From: Chiloscyllium plagiosum
Taxonomy: Eukaryota
NCBI RefSeq assembly: GCF_004010195.1
Contig: NC_057719.1
Location: 80,240,709-80,271,477, forward strand
Direction: 5' to 3'
Length of the DNA stretch: 30,769 bases
Shown: one piece after another, positions 21,767-30,769 of the stretch
How positions within the stretch are numbered: position 1 is the first letter of the stretch
How the letters are laid out: each line of letters begins with the position of its first letter
The notes under the pieces: generated by a model
Told to the model about the DNA's origin: nothing
Database searches by the model: none
What the model saw: the letters and a program-made list of their open reading frames with translations, nothing else
Translations under genes and position numbers: made by a program

Positions 21767-22326
21767 TTGCAAGGCAGAGCTCTATAATCAATTATTTCAG
21801 TTTTCAGCATCCATCAATTGAAATTGAAGGAAAGTCATAAATTTAAAGTCTGTTGATGTTAGAATCACAGCAGTAGGTGACTGACATTTTTGGTTCCTCA
21901 CTTGGCACTGGAGCCTCTCCATCATTGAGGACTCCTCTGAGGTGCTGTGACCTGTGACAAAATGGTCCCGATTCCATGAAAATAGTGCTGTGTGAGAAAA
22001 GCCCATCCTGACACCGGAGTAGTTGAGGGCAGGCTTGCTGTGTGCAAGCTCTCTCTCTGCACCCTTTTCCTGGGGCCGTAAAATTTCTGATCGGTGGGAA
22101 TGGGAGCAGGAATCCCATTGTTGAATTAGGTGCCAACCGCCATTTCAAAAGAATTTGCAGCTTGCTTCCAATGTGAGCAGAGGCCTGTAGCCCAGTGTGG
22201 GATTACAATCAGACGTTCACCAGACCATCACCTGAAAGGCACATACTGTGTGATTCCTTGGCATGAAAATGGTCCTCAGCAAATTTATTGGCCGGCACAG
22301 TGTTGATAATTGGCAAAAGTATCAGA

Positions 22327-22538
22327 AGGGGACAGAGTGGGGACTTTCTCCCCACTCCCACCCTCCTCTCATTTATCTCTCCACCCTTCGGGCACTCTGC
22401 CTGTATTCCTGATGAAGTGCTTTTGCCTGAAACATTGATTTTCCTGCTCCTTGGTTGCTGCCTGAACTGCTGTGCTTTTCCAGCACCCACTCTAATCCAG
22501 AATCTGGTTTCCAGCATCTGTAGTCATTGTTTTTACTT
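22327..22538 (+). mobile_element. Single-arm Penelope-derived element (second subfamily) with hammerhead-like core
   Basis: ATTCCTGATGAAGTGCTTTTGCCTGAAACATTGATT. Flanked by AAAAGTATCAGA at 22315-22326 and 22539-22550. Confidence 0.82.
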
Positions 22539-22710
22539 AAAAGTATCAGAGGGGAGATGCAAAGAATTCTTTAAACAATGAGCTATTATGATTCATTAGA
22601 AACTTTCAAAAGAGAACTGGGTATATAGTTGAAAGAAAGAGAAAACATGCAGAGCTATGAGAAAAATAGTGCAAGACTAGGCCTAATCTTTTAGACACTC
22701 GATTGTCTGA

Positions 22711-22856
22711 ATAAAAACTGAAAGAACTGCGGGTGCTGGAAATCAGAAACAAAAAGACAAATTGCTGCCAGACCTGCTGAGCTTTTCCAGCGTCTGTTGA
22801 GAGAAATCAGAGTTAGTGTTTCAGGTCTAGTGACCCTTCCTCAGATCTGCAGAACC
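22711..22856 (-). mobile_element. Older Penelope-derived single arm with hammerhead-like core
   Basis: The minus strand reads CTGAGGA-AGGGTC-ACTA-GACCT-GAAAC-ACT-AACTCTG. Same family as 9404-9612. Confidence 0.7.
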
Positions 22857-22943
22857 AAAATAATTGTAGCTTTTAATCAACTAAATTTATGTACAAACCA
22901 ACCATTCTTTCATAAAGTGACAGTACACAATGTTCGAGTCATT

Positions 22944-23221
22944 AGGTAAAAACAATGACTGCAGATGCTGGAAACCAGATTCTGGATTAGTGGTGCTGGA
23001 AAATCTCAGCAGTTCAGGCAGCATCCGAGGAGCAGTAAAATCGATGTTTCGGGCAAAAGCCCTTCATCAGGAATACAGGTAGAGTGCCTGAAGGGTGGAG
23101 AGAGCACCCCTTCAGGCACTCTACCTGTATTCCTGATGAAGGGCTTTTGACCGAAACGTCGATTTTACTGCTCTTTGGATGCTGCCTAAACTGCTGTGAT
23201 TTTCCAGCACCACTGATCCAG
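22944..23221. mobile_element. Near-perfect fold-back Penelope-derived element with a hammerhead core on each strand
   Basis: Arms about 22983-23098 / 23106-23221. Plus-strand core CTGATGA (23133-23139)...GAAACGTC (23153-23160). TSD AATGTTCGAGTCATT (22929-22943) / AATGTTAGAGACATT (23222-23236). Confidence 0.9.
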
Positions 23222-24061
23222 AATGTTAGAGACATTCCCCAGTCCAATAGTCCTTGTTATGGTATGGGTTCCTCTGATCAGATAAAAACAGGCTAGATTT
23301 CAGCTAGACAATTTTTATTTACATTTTTATATGAGAAGTTTGCAGTAGACATCTCTGTTCTATGTTACTTTAGTTCCAATTTTCTCGCAGAGTCTCTCTC
23401 ATATCATAGTGGAGATCACTGTTACATAACAGCATGTGTCACAGGTTGATCAGCATATTCCTTAAGCACTATCTCTACATTTCTCTTGGAAACTCGTGAC
23501 ATTAAAGATTAGCTGATGTGGGAGTAACTCCTCCTGCAAGGACATCTGCAGTCAGGGTCGGCTACATGTGAGAGAGAAATCCATTAATTGGATTAGCAAT
23601 ATTTGTCTCTGGCAGCTACATTGGTTGGTTTGGGATAGCTAACTGTTGGTAGATAGGGTTTCCGCAGCCTACCATAATAACATTGTTCTGTTGGCGTTTG
23701 GGTCCTAAACATTGGCAGCTTGTCTCTCTGCTGCTAATTGTCCTTTCTATGCAGGGTATCAGAACCTGTTTCCTTACAGTGATAAGAGGATAAACCATTT
23801 CTTAACAAGAAAAATATTTGTTTTACGCAATAAGGTATAGTTTGCTGCATGATAGCAAATGTACAATTCACATTGACTAGTTAGATATAGTTATTGCTAT
23901 CGGGATCCAGAAATGATGCGACTGCCTCCCTCAGGATCTTGTGCAAGTCTGCCTGATTCTCCATCTACATTTTACGTGATTTCATCAAATTGGGTGGAGA
24001 TAATTTAAGTTCAACATTTATTCCTTCAGAGCTTACACAATTTAACCTTTTACAACCAAGA

Positions 24062-24573
24062 TTCAGTGGTAAATACTTCACCACTGCATCAGAGTTATGT
24101 GAGTTCAAATCTCACTCCAGTTAGATGAACACACAAAGCAGACTGACATTGGTTGACACTACTACTGAGGGAGTGCTGCACTGTCAGAGATGCTGTCTTT
24201 CAGATGAGGTGCTGAATGTAATCTCCAGTTCCCCTGTCAGAAAAATCCCACAATGCTCTCTGAAGAAGATCAAAGGGTTCCCCTTGGATGTTCCCTCAGT
24301 CCTACACCCAGATTCTGTGCCCCGTTTGGTCAGTGCATGATCATCATGGGGTAGGAGTGGGTCTAGATGAATGGAACCAGGGGAGTTCTTCCTGCTGTCC
24401 TAGCCCATAGTTATCTATCAAGCTACATGATTGAAGATTTGGTCATCTCTGTAGTACTGCTTATGCAATGCTGCAATGGTGTTGACACTTCAGAAAATAC
24501 TGACATGCCTGCAGAATGTTTTTGATGTTTTTAAGTCATGAAAGGCATTGTAGAAACATCTTTCGCTTTTTCT
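24062..24573 (+). mobile_element. DeuSINE (SacSINE1/AmnSINE1-like)
   Basis: GAGTTCAAATCTCACTCCAG, Deu-domain TACTGAGGGAGTGCTGCACTGTCAGAGATGCTGTCTTTCAGATGAG, CAGGGGAGTTCTTCCTGCTGTCCT, and tail GTCATGAAAGGCATTGTAGAAAC. Confidence 0.78.
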
Positions 24574-24811
24574 TGTATTAAGGCTTCATCACTTGGCAAA
24601 CAAAAGAAAAAGGTTCAGGAATCAATGCATGCGATGACGTAAAACAACTTTACATTGATTTAACAGAGGAAAGCATCAGGAGTGCCATCAGACGTTGAAA
24701 CAAAAAAGGTAATGTTAGCAGAAAACCATCAAAACCTTGGCCAAAGAACCCTGCTTGAAAGTATAGACTAATTGGGCTGAATGGTCTAACCGTACTTTTC
24801 TGTGTGCTTCG

Positions 24812-24984
24812 ACAGGCTGGGCAGTTTAAAAATAGGCTGTCAGTAAACGACATCAGTCACAGTACATTAACTAACGCAATAAATGTATCCTGGCATTAAA
24901 TCAGGAGGGATGACTGCACTCACACCGGGGAATAATGTTTGCTGCAGTTTGGCCAGACCATAAAAGATAGCACCATAAAGTTGG
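24812..24984. repeat. Left arm core of a long inverted repeat
   Basis: Its reverse complement matches 25762-25934 at 168 of 173 positions with no gaps (manual alignment). Confidence 0.97.
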
Positions 24985-25239
24985 TGTGCACAGAGATATA
25001 TACATGCTATTTTAAACACGTCTCTCTGGGAAATAACATTGAATTGAATCTGACTGTCTGAAATCGTGCAATGTGATAATAAGATCCAAACACTTAATCA
25101 TATGAAATTGGCAGCACTCATCTGAATTGTTGTCTGTTGTACTTCATCTCTCCATAGAGCAGAGTTTTGGTCAGTTTTGGTGATATGGGCTGCAGCTAAA
25201 TGACCACTTGCTTTCATCAATCTCACACAATGGGCAACA

Positions 25240-25455
25240 ACCACTTCTGAATCAGAAGCTTATGATTTCAAGTTACTGTCCAGAAACAGGAGCACATAAG
25301 GTTACACCCTTGGTACAGTACTGAGGGAATAATATATGTCAGGTGTGTTGTATTTTGGCTGAGACATTAAATAGAGGTTCATTATGCCCTGTCAGATGAC
25401 TATAAAGGATCTCCAAGCATAATCTAAAGAAGAATGGGAGAATGAGTTCTCCTCA
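25240..25455 (+). mobile_element. Degraded DeuSINE 5' half inside the inverted-repeat spacer
   Basis: CTTCTGAATCAGAAG...CAGTACTGAGGGAA...TGAGACATTAAATAGAGG...AAGAAGAATGGG...GAGTTCTCC. Confidence 0.65.
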
Positions 25456-25761
25456 GCATACCCTCAGCTTTGCATGGGACTGTCAGCACAGATTATGCAC
25501 CTAGTCTAGGCAGTACATCACCAGTAAATCCAAGGTGAGAGGGGGTTTTGGAAGGACAGGAGTGTAACCCATGTTTAGTTTTGCTGGTAAAGGGTTTTTA
25601 GTTTTACTGTCTGTGTTACTGGAAAAGCATATGCTAATGTGAAAGCTTGTCATTGCCGAATTGTTACCACTAGCTTCAGAAATCCATTCAGATATGCATT
25701 GTGAGACTTAAGAATTTTTTCTGACTCTAAAGCATGAAAATATCTCCATGCATACTGTAAT

Positions 25762-25934
25762 CCAACTTTATGGTGCTATCTTTTATGGTCTGGCCAAACT
25801 GCAGCAACCATTATTCCCCGGTGTGAGTGCAGTCATCCCTCCTGATTTAATGCCAGGATACATTTATTGCATCAGTTAATGTACTGTGACTGATGCTGTT
25901 TACTGACAGCCTATTTTTAAACTGCCCAGCCTGT
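25762..25934. promoter_or_regulatory. Right arm core of the inverted repeat; candidate developmental enhancer
   Basis: The repeat itself is certain. The enhancer call is inferred from motifs TTTATGG x2, TGATTTAATG, TTTATTG, TGTTTAC, TGACAG and CTATTTTTAA. Confidence 0.5.
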
Positions 25935-26234
25935 AGAATCACACTGAAAAGTATGATATGCAACCAGGCCATTCAGCCCAATCAGTCTAGTCTTTCCAAC
26001 CTAGCTCTGACCAAGCATGTGGTCACAAGTTGGTATAACTTCCTTCTTTGTCTCAATATCTGATGACACTCATTATATTTTGTTCAGTTATACAATATAA
26101 ATAAATACGTTTGAATATATCGTTGTAAACTCTCAGATATCTTGTTTCAATGTTTCAGCATTTGAAAACAAATGTTACATTTCTCCCTCAAAATCCCAAA
26201 TTGTCTCAGAATTAATTTGCTGAAAACATCCAAC

Positions 26235-26490
26235 AGACCTGTTGGAAATGCGATCATTGTTATAATGTTGGAAGTGTCACAGCCAATTTGCTCAGAGCAA
26301 GCTTCCTTGAAAATCAATGTGATGATGACCAGCTAATCTATTTTTGGTAATGTTATTTAAAGGATAAATATTGGTCAGGACCCCAGTAGAAACGTGCCTG
26401 CTGTCTTTCAAAACAGCTCAAAATAATTCTTTACCTTTACCTGAGAGGACAGACAGTATGTCAGTTTAAGATCTCATATAAAAGATAAGA
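26235..26490 (-). mobile_element. Degraded DeuSINE, cut at its 5' side by the LTR element
   Basis: CAGCCAATTTGCTCAGAGCAAG...GATGACCAGCTAATCT...GGATAAATATTGGTCAGGAC...ACCTGAGAGGACAGAC...GTTTAAGATCTCAT. Confidence 0.68.
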
Positions 26491-27632
26491 TAATGTGAAG
26501 TAAACAGTGGCATGATAACGTAAATATTGTGTCGTTTTATTTTCTGTTTTTTAGGTTGTGGACTAAAATGGAAAATGTCAGTTTTAATACCAAGGATTGT
26601 AGAAAGAAGCGCTGCACTTTTAAAAGCAAGTCACCAAAACACATCGTATGTGGTGTTTACACTGCTGCTTTGTTCAAGCTGTTTGTAGATGGTGTGGCAC
26701 CAGAGGGTATATTCAGAGTGAAATTTGGCAGGTAACAAATAGCTGATTGGTTTGTGCAGTTAGGTTCAGTCATATATGCCCACAGTCATCAGTCTGGCTT
26801 TAACTCTCTAGTGGGCTCCTGGGAAGTTGTAAATCTTGTGAGTGTGAACGATACAGTGAGAAAACCTCTGAATGGCAAGAAGGGCAGAAGATGTGTCTCT
26901 CATTCTGCAGTGATAATACCTGATGCTGAAAAATTCCAGCTACTTTCTCCCGCCAATTGCTGTAAGCTGTTGCCTTTAACCTGTAACTAAAAGACTTTGC
27001 AGTTAGTATACCTCCTGAGAAGTAGTGAAGGAACCTGGATAAAAAAAAATTGAAAAACAGAAAATCCTGGCAAGAGATAAAAAATCATCTCAATGAACCC
27101 TGTGAGTTGGTGCTATTGAACTGTGTTTAAGAGACCTTTTTACTTCCATTCATGAAAACCAATATTTTCTTTGACAGTGTGTAAAAACAGTTTTAGATGG
27201 GGGTTACAGTTTCAGATCCCTATATTAATAGTTCATAGTCATTTACTTGTGATTAGGATTTACTAATTTGAAATGAAAAATAATTTTTGTTAAGTACAAG
27301 ACCCTCGTCAGTGTTTTCTGTTAACGTGATTCCATCAGACAGGTAACCTGAGGAGTTTATGCACTTTAATTAAATCATTAACTTGTGTGGCAACTCCAGA
27401 GGTAACGGGGCTCAGGAAGATTTGCCCAAGTAGCTCCATGGTTAAACTATTTTTGAAATAGAGACAACGAGGACTGGGGTGTGGTATTAGCAAGTGATAA
27501 AGAAAATATTAGGTTCTACAGTGCAAATAAGAAATGGCTTCGAAACTTACAAAAGGATTTCCTGCAGGGGGCAGAGTTGACCCTGACAGTGTTAAGTGTA
27601 ATTTTGAAAGCTGAGTTACTTGAACTGGCAGA

Positions 27633-27854
27633 GTGAAAGTGAGTACTGCAGATGCTGGAGATCAGAGTCAAGATTAGAGTGATGCTGGAAAAGCACAGCA
27701 GGTCAGACAGCATTCGAGGAGCAGGAAAATCGATGTTATGGGCAAAAGCCCTTCATTAGCCCTTCCTGATAAGGTCTCTTGCCCGAAACATTGATTTTCC
27801 TGCTCCTTGGGTGCTGCCTGACCTGCTGTGCTTTTCCAGCATCATTCTAATCTC
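27633..27854. mobile_element. Fold-back Penelope-derived element inserted into Gypsy gag
   Basis: Inverted arms. TSD TACTTGAACTGGCAGA (27617-27632) / TACTTGAATTGGCACA (27855-27870). Confidence 0.87.
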
Positions 27855-27929
27855 TACTTGAATTGGCACATCAGTTGGGGGGGTTGGCTTTGCCTAAGAA
27901 GGCAGACATTATTGAGAGTTTTGGATTTA

Positions 27930-28105
27930 ATTTTTTTTTAATGTTCATTTTTTGTGGGATGTGGGCATTGCTGGCATTTATTGCCCATCCCTAGTTGCCC
28001 TTGAGAAGGTGGTGGTGAGTGCCTTCTTGAATCACTGAAGTCCACCTGCTGTGGGGTTGACCCACAATGCCATTTAGGGGAGGAGTTCCAAGATTTTGAC
28101 CCAAC
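27930..28105 (-). mobile_element. LINE 3' end sharing its tail with the SINE at 8566-8985
   Basis: T-rich end, then GTGGGATGTGGGCATTGCTGGCATTTATTGCCCATCCCTAGTTGCCCTTGAG...GGAGTTCCAAGATTTTGACCC. Confidence 0.75.
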
Positions 28106-28751
28106 TATTTTGGGTAGTGAAACATTAGAACCAAGGGACATTTGATTATGGTTCAAACAGTGTGAACGTGAAGAAAAATCAAAGCGACTTGAAATTAAAA
28201 AAAAAGCTGGAGCAGTAGAATTCCATGGGGATGAAAAATACAAGGAAGTGTAATTAAAAAGATAGGAAATGGCAATGAGAAACTTGCAACTCGCATTGTA
28301 AAGGGAAGGAGAGAGAGGAAAAGAGACACTGGGATCATCCGCTTAAAATGAAGTGTGAAAAAAAAAGAGACATCAGATTCAGATGTAGCTTCTGATGAGA
28401 AGAATCTGCATCGTTAGGTAAAGTCCAGTAATGTTTAAGTTTGTAGAGGCCCTGCCAAAATTTGAGGAAAATGTTGTAGAGGATTTCTTCACACGATTTG
28501 AAACAAGCATAGAGACAAATGAATTGGCCAAAGTGAACCTGGATATTGCTGTGCAGAGCAAATTGGCAGGTAAAGAACAGGAAATTTGTACTTTGCTACG
28601 AGATTATACTGCTGTAATAATAGCTATACTAGCTGCCAAAGTGTGATAGGTGGAGAGTGTATCCTGGATCTATTGCACAAAATGCAATTGGTGCACAACT
28701 TGTTATCTGGACTAGTGGTTAATGGGGTAGCTAAGATTTATTCCCTGGGGA

Positions 28752-29044
28752 ATTAGATTACTTAGTGTGGAAACAGGCCCTTCGGCCCAACAAGTCCACA
28801 CCGACCCGCCGAAGCGCAACCCACCCAGACCCATTCCCCTACATTTACCCCTTCACCTAACATTACGGGCAATTTAACTTGGCCAATTCACCTAACCTGC
28901 ACATTTTTGGACTGTGGGAGGAAACCGGAGCACCCGGAGGAAACCCACGCAGACACGGGGAGAACGTGCAAACTCCACACAGAGAGTCACCTGAGGCGGG
29001 AATTGAACCCGGGTCTCTGGCGCTGTGAGGCAGCAGTGCCACCC
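28752..29044 (-). mobile_element. Young HE1-type SINE (CpG-rich) inserted in the Gypsy protease region
   Basis: Reverse HE1 retaining many CpGs, with a short deletion removing the A box. Confidence 0.92.
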
Positions 29045-29419
29045 CAAATGATTTGGCAGATGTAACAGTTCTAGATTTGCCTATAATCATGGAAATTTGG
29101 AGTGAGGTGAAAGAGATGGGACAGTGGCAAGGCGAGGATTTGGGTATTTTTCTATGATATGTAGTGACCAGAGGAATGGTTAAACAAAGTCCACCACCAG
29201 AGATCACAATGCATATGTTAGGGTGGCTGAAACTCTGCCTGAGAATGAAGATAATTCAAAAGAAGTATTTGGCGTGTCTTCATTGATTGAAGCTCGGTAA
29301 AAATGTCCGCAGTTAAGTAAGTTAGCTCACACTGAAGCTGAGACTGAAGGAGTTACAGATTGCTAGTTCCGGAGTTACAGTCAAGAAGTGGAAATACTTC
29401 ACAGATCTGTGGGCTGAGA

Positions 29420-30450
29420 ACGGACAACTGTTCATCAAATAGTGGTACCACCCAAATGTGGGAAAGAGACATTGCAGGTTAGCACATGAAATTCCGAAGG
29501 CAGGTCATGCAGGGATACAGAAAACAGAAGTGTTGCTAAGTAAGTATTTTACAGGATCAAGTCTTCAAAAGATGGAGTGCAGTTCTGTAAAACATGTCAT
29601 ACCTATCAGATGGTCGGAAAACCTCCACATATAGTCAAAGCTACACCTTTGATACCTTAACCAGTTCTGGAAAAGCCATTTAGTAGGTTGTAGGTCCATT
29701 AGTAAAAATAAAAGTAGGGCATCCATATATCCTTACAAAATTATGGATTTGACAACATGGTTTCCAGAGCTATTCTTTTGAAGATGTTACAGTAGTCATG
29801 GAAAGGTTAATCAGTTATTTTTACTCATTATGGGTATAATCTGATTAGGGTTCTAATGTTAAGTCAAAAATTTTCCAGGACATCTTCGACAATTTGGGTA
29901 CAAAATCATTGACGCCAACTGCATATCATCTGCAAACGTGGAGAGTTTTGGAAAGATACCATCAGACTCTTAAAACCATGATTAAAGTATGCAGTCCTGA
30001 ATACCCACAGGACTGGCACAAAGGATTACATTTCTTGCTATTTGTTACTAGAGCTTCCCCAGAGATCTACTGGATTTAACCCATTTGAATTGGATTACAG
30101 TTATAAAATAATAATTCCATCAAAATTGATTAGAGAGAAGTCCTTAATACAAAAAGATAATTCCTACATGTTGGATTCTAAATTTCTAAAATGACTCACA
30201 GGATCAGGTAGGAAGCACAAGTGAAAATGAAACAAATGAGCTGACAAACAGTCTGCGTCTTGAATGTTTCAAGTGGGAGATGGAGGATTGGGCATTGTTG
30301 CCTTCGCAAGATGAACCTTTGGAAGTGAAATTCAGTGGGGCATACAAGGTGGCTAGGAAGATTAGTGAGTTTACTTATCTGATAAAACCTCCTGATCATA
30401 GGAAGAAAAATTGGTTGTGTCATATAAAAATGCTGAAACAGTATTCATAC
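29420..30450 (+). pseudogene. Gypsy integrase remnant (HHCC zinc finger, rve core, GPY/F region)
   Basis: AHEIPKAGHAGIQKT...FCKTCHTYQMVGKP; SD*GSN; TAYHLQTWRVLERYHQTLKTMIK...DWHKGLHFLLF; KFSGAYKV...TYLI..PDHRKK..LCHIKMLKQY. Multiple stops and frameshifts. Confidence 0.9.
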
Positions 30451-30599
30451 AGGGAAGTGGACAAGGAGGAACAAGTGTGTCAAGTGGTAAGAATAATGGA
30501 GGATGAAAGAAGTATTAGTAGTAGAAAAGAGAGATAGATAGTTCATTAAATGAACCTCTTACTTTGCAATTTCACCAAAGAAATACTGGGGTAGTTAAA

Positions 30600-30769
30600 T
30601 ACTGGGTATGAAGGTTGATAAGTCCCTGGGGCCTGATGGTCTACATCCCAAGGTACTGAAGGAGGTGGCTTGAGAAATCGTGGATGCGTTGGTGATTATT
30701 TTCCAGAGTTCGATAGATTCGGGATCAGTTTCTGCGAATTGGAGGGTGGCTAATATTGTACCACTTTTT
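30600..30769 (+). mobile_element. CR1 ORF2 fragment (pre-RT region), runs off the window end
   Basis: MKVDKSLGPDGLHPKVLKEVA*EIVDALVIIFQSSIDSGSVSANWRVANIVPLF. Confidence 0.9.

Larger units (their letters stand above)
26494..30540 (+). mobile_element. Decayed Gypsy LTR retrotransposon of Gmr1 type (probable 5' LTR about 26494-27430, gag, protease region, integrase)
   Basis: Gag-like start at ATG 27534 (..LKAELLELA) and LPKFEENVVEDFFTRFE...VQSKLAGK...DY.AV..AIL at about 28430-28640. NDLA motif near 29050 and integrase downstream. LTR limits are uncertain. Confidence 0.8.

Noticed and set aside
21797..22280. Possible non-autonomous Harbinger-like element (also 17840-18175)
   Set aside because: Only a vague resemblance. 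I could not identify paired terminal inverted repeats or a TSD.

Overview
This is repeat-dense vertebrate non-coding DNA, intergenic or deep intronic. The repeats (HE1-type V-SINEs, HER1/CR1 LINE 3' ends, SacSINE1/AmnSINE1-like DeuSINEs) point to a cartilaginous fish, most likely a shark; that is inference from repeat families I recognise from memory. No intact host gene can be supported, and the recognisable ORFs in the track are fragments or antisense read-throughs of transposable elements. Elements found: six HE1 SINEs, many CR1 fragments, a Rex1/Babar-like LINE, a Penelope-like element with a GIY-YIG remnant and an inverted terminal repeat, a decayed PIF/Harbinger transposase missed by the ORF track, a Gmr1-type Gypsy relic, several old DeuSINEs and a G-rich minisatellite. 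Two signals stand out. (1) A non-repeat inverted duplication (24812-24984 / 25762-25934, 168/173 identical) lies inside much more diverged homologous flanks and is packed with Hox/Pbx/Meis/Fox/MEF2-type motifs. (2) A set of short, often fold-back, Penelope-derived insertions with 12-16 bp target-site duplications carry minimal hammerhead-ribozyme cores with covarying stems. All alignments were done by eye, and element boundaries are approximate unless stated as exact.
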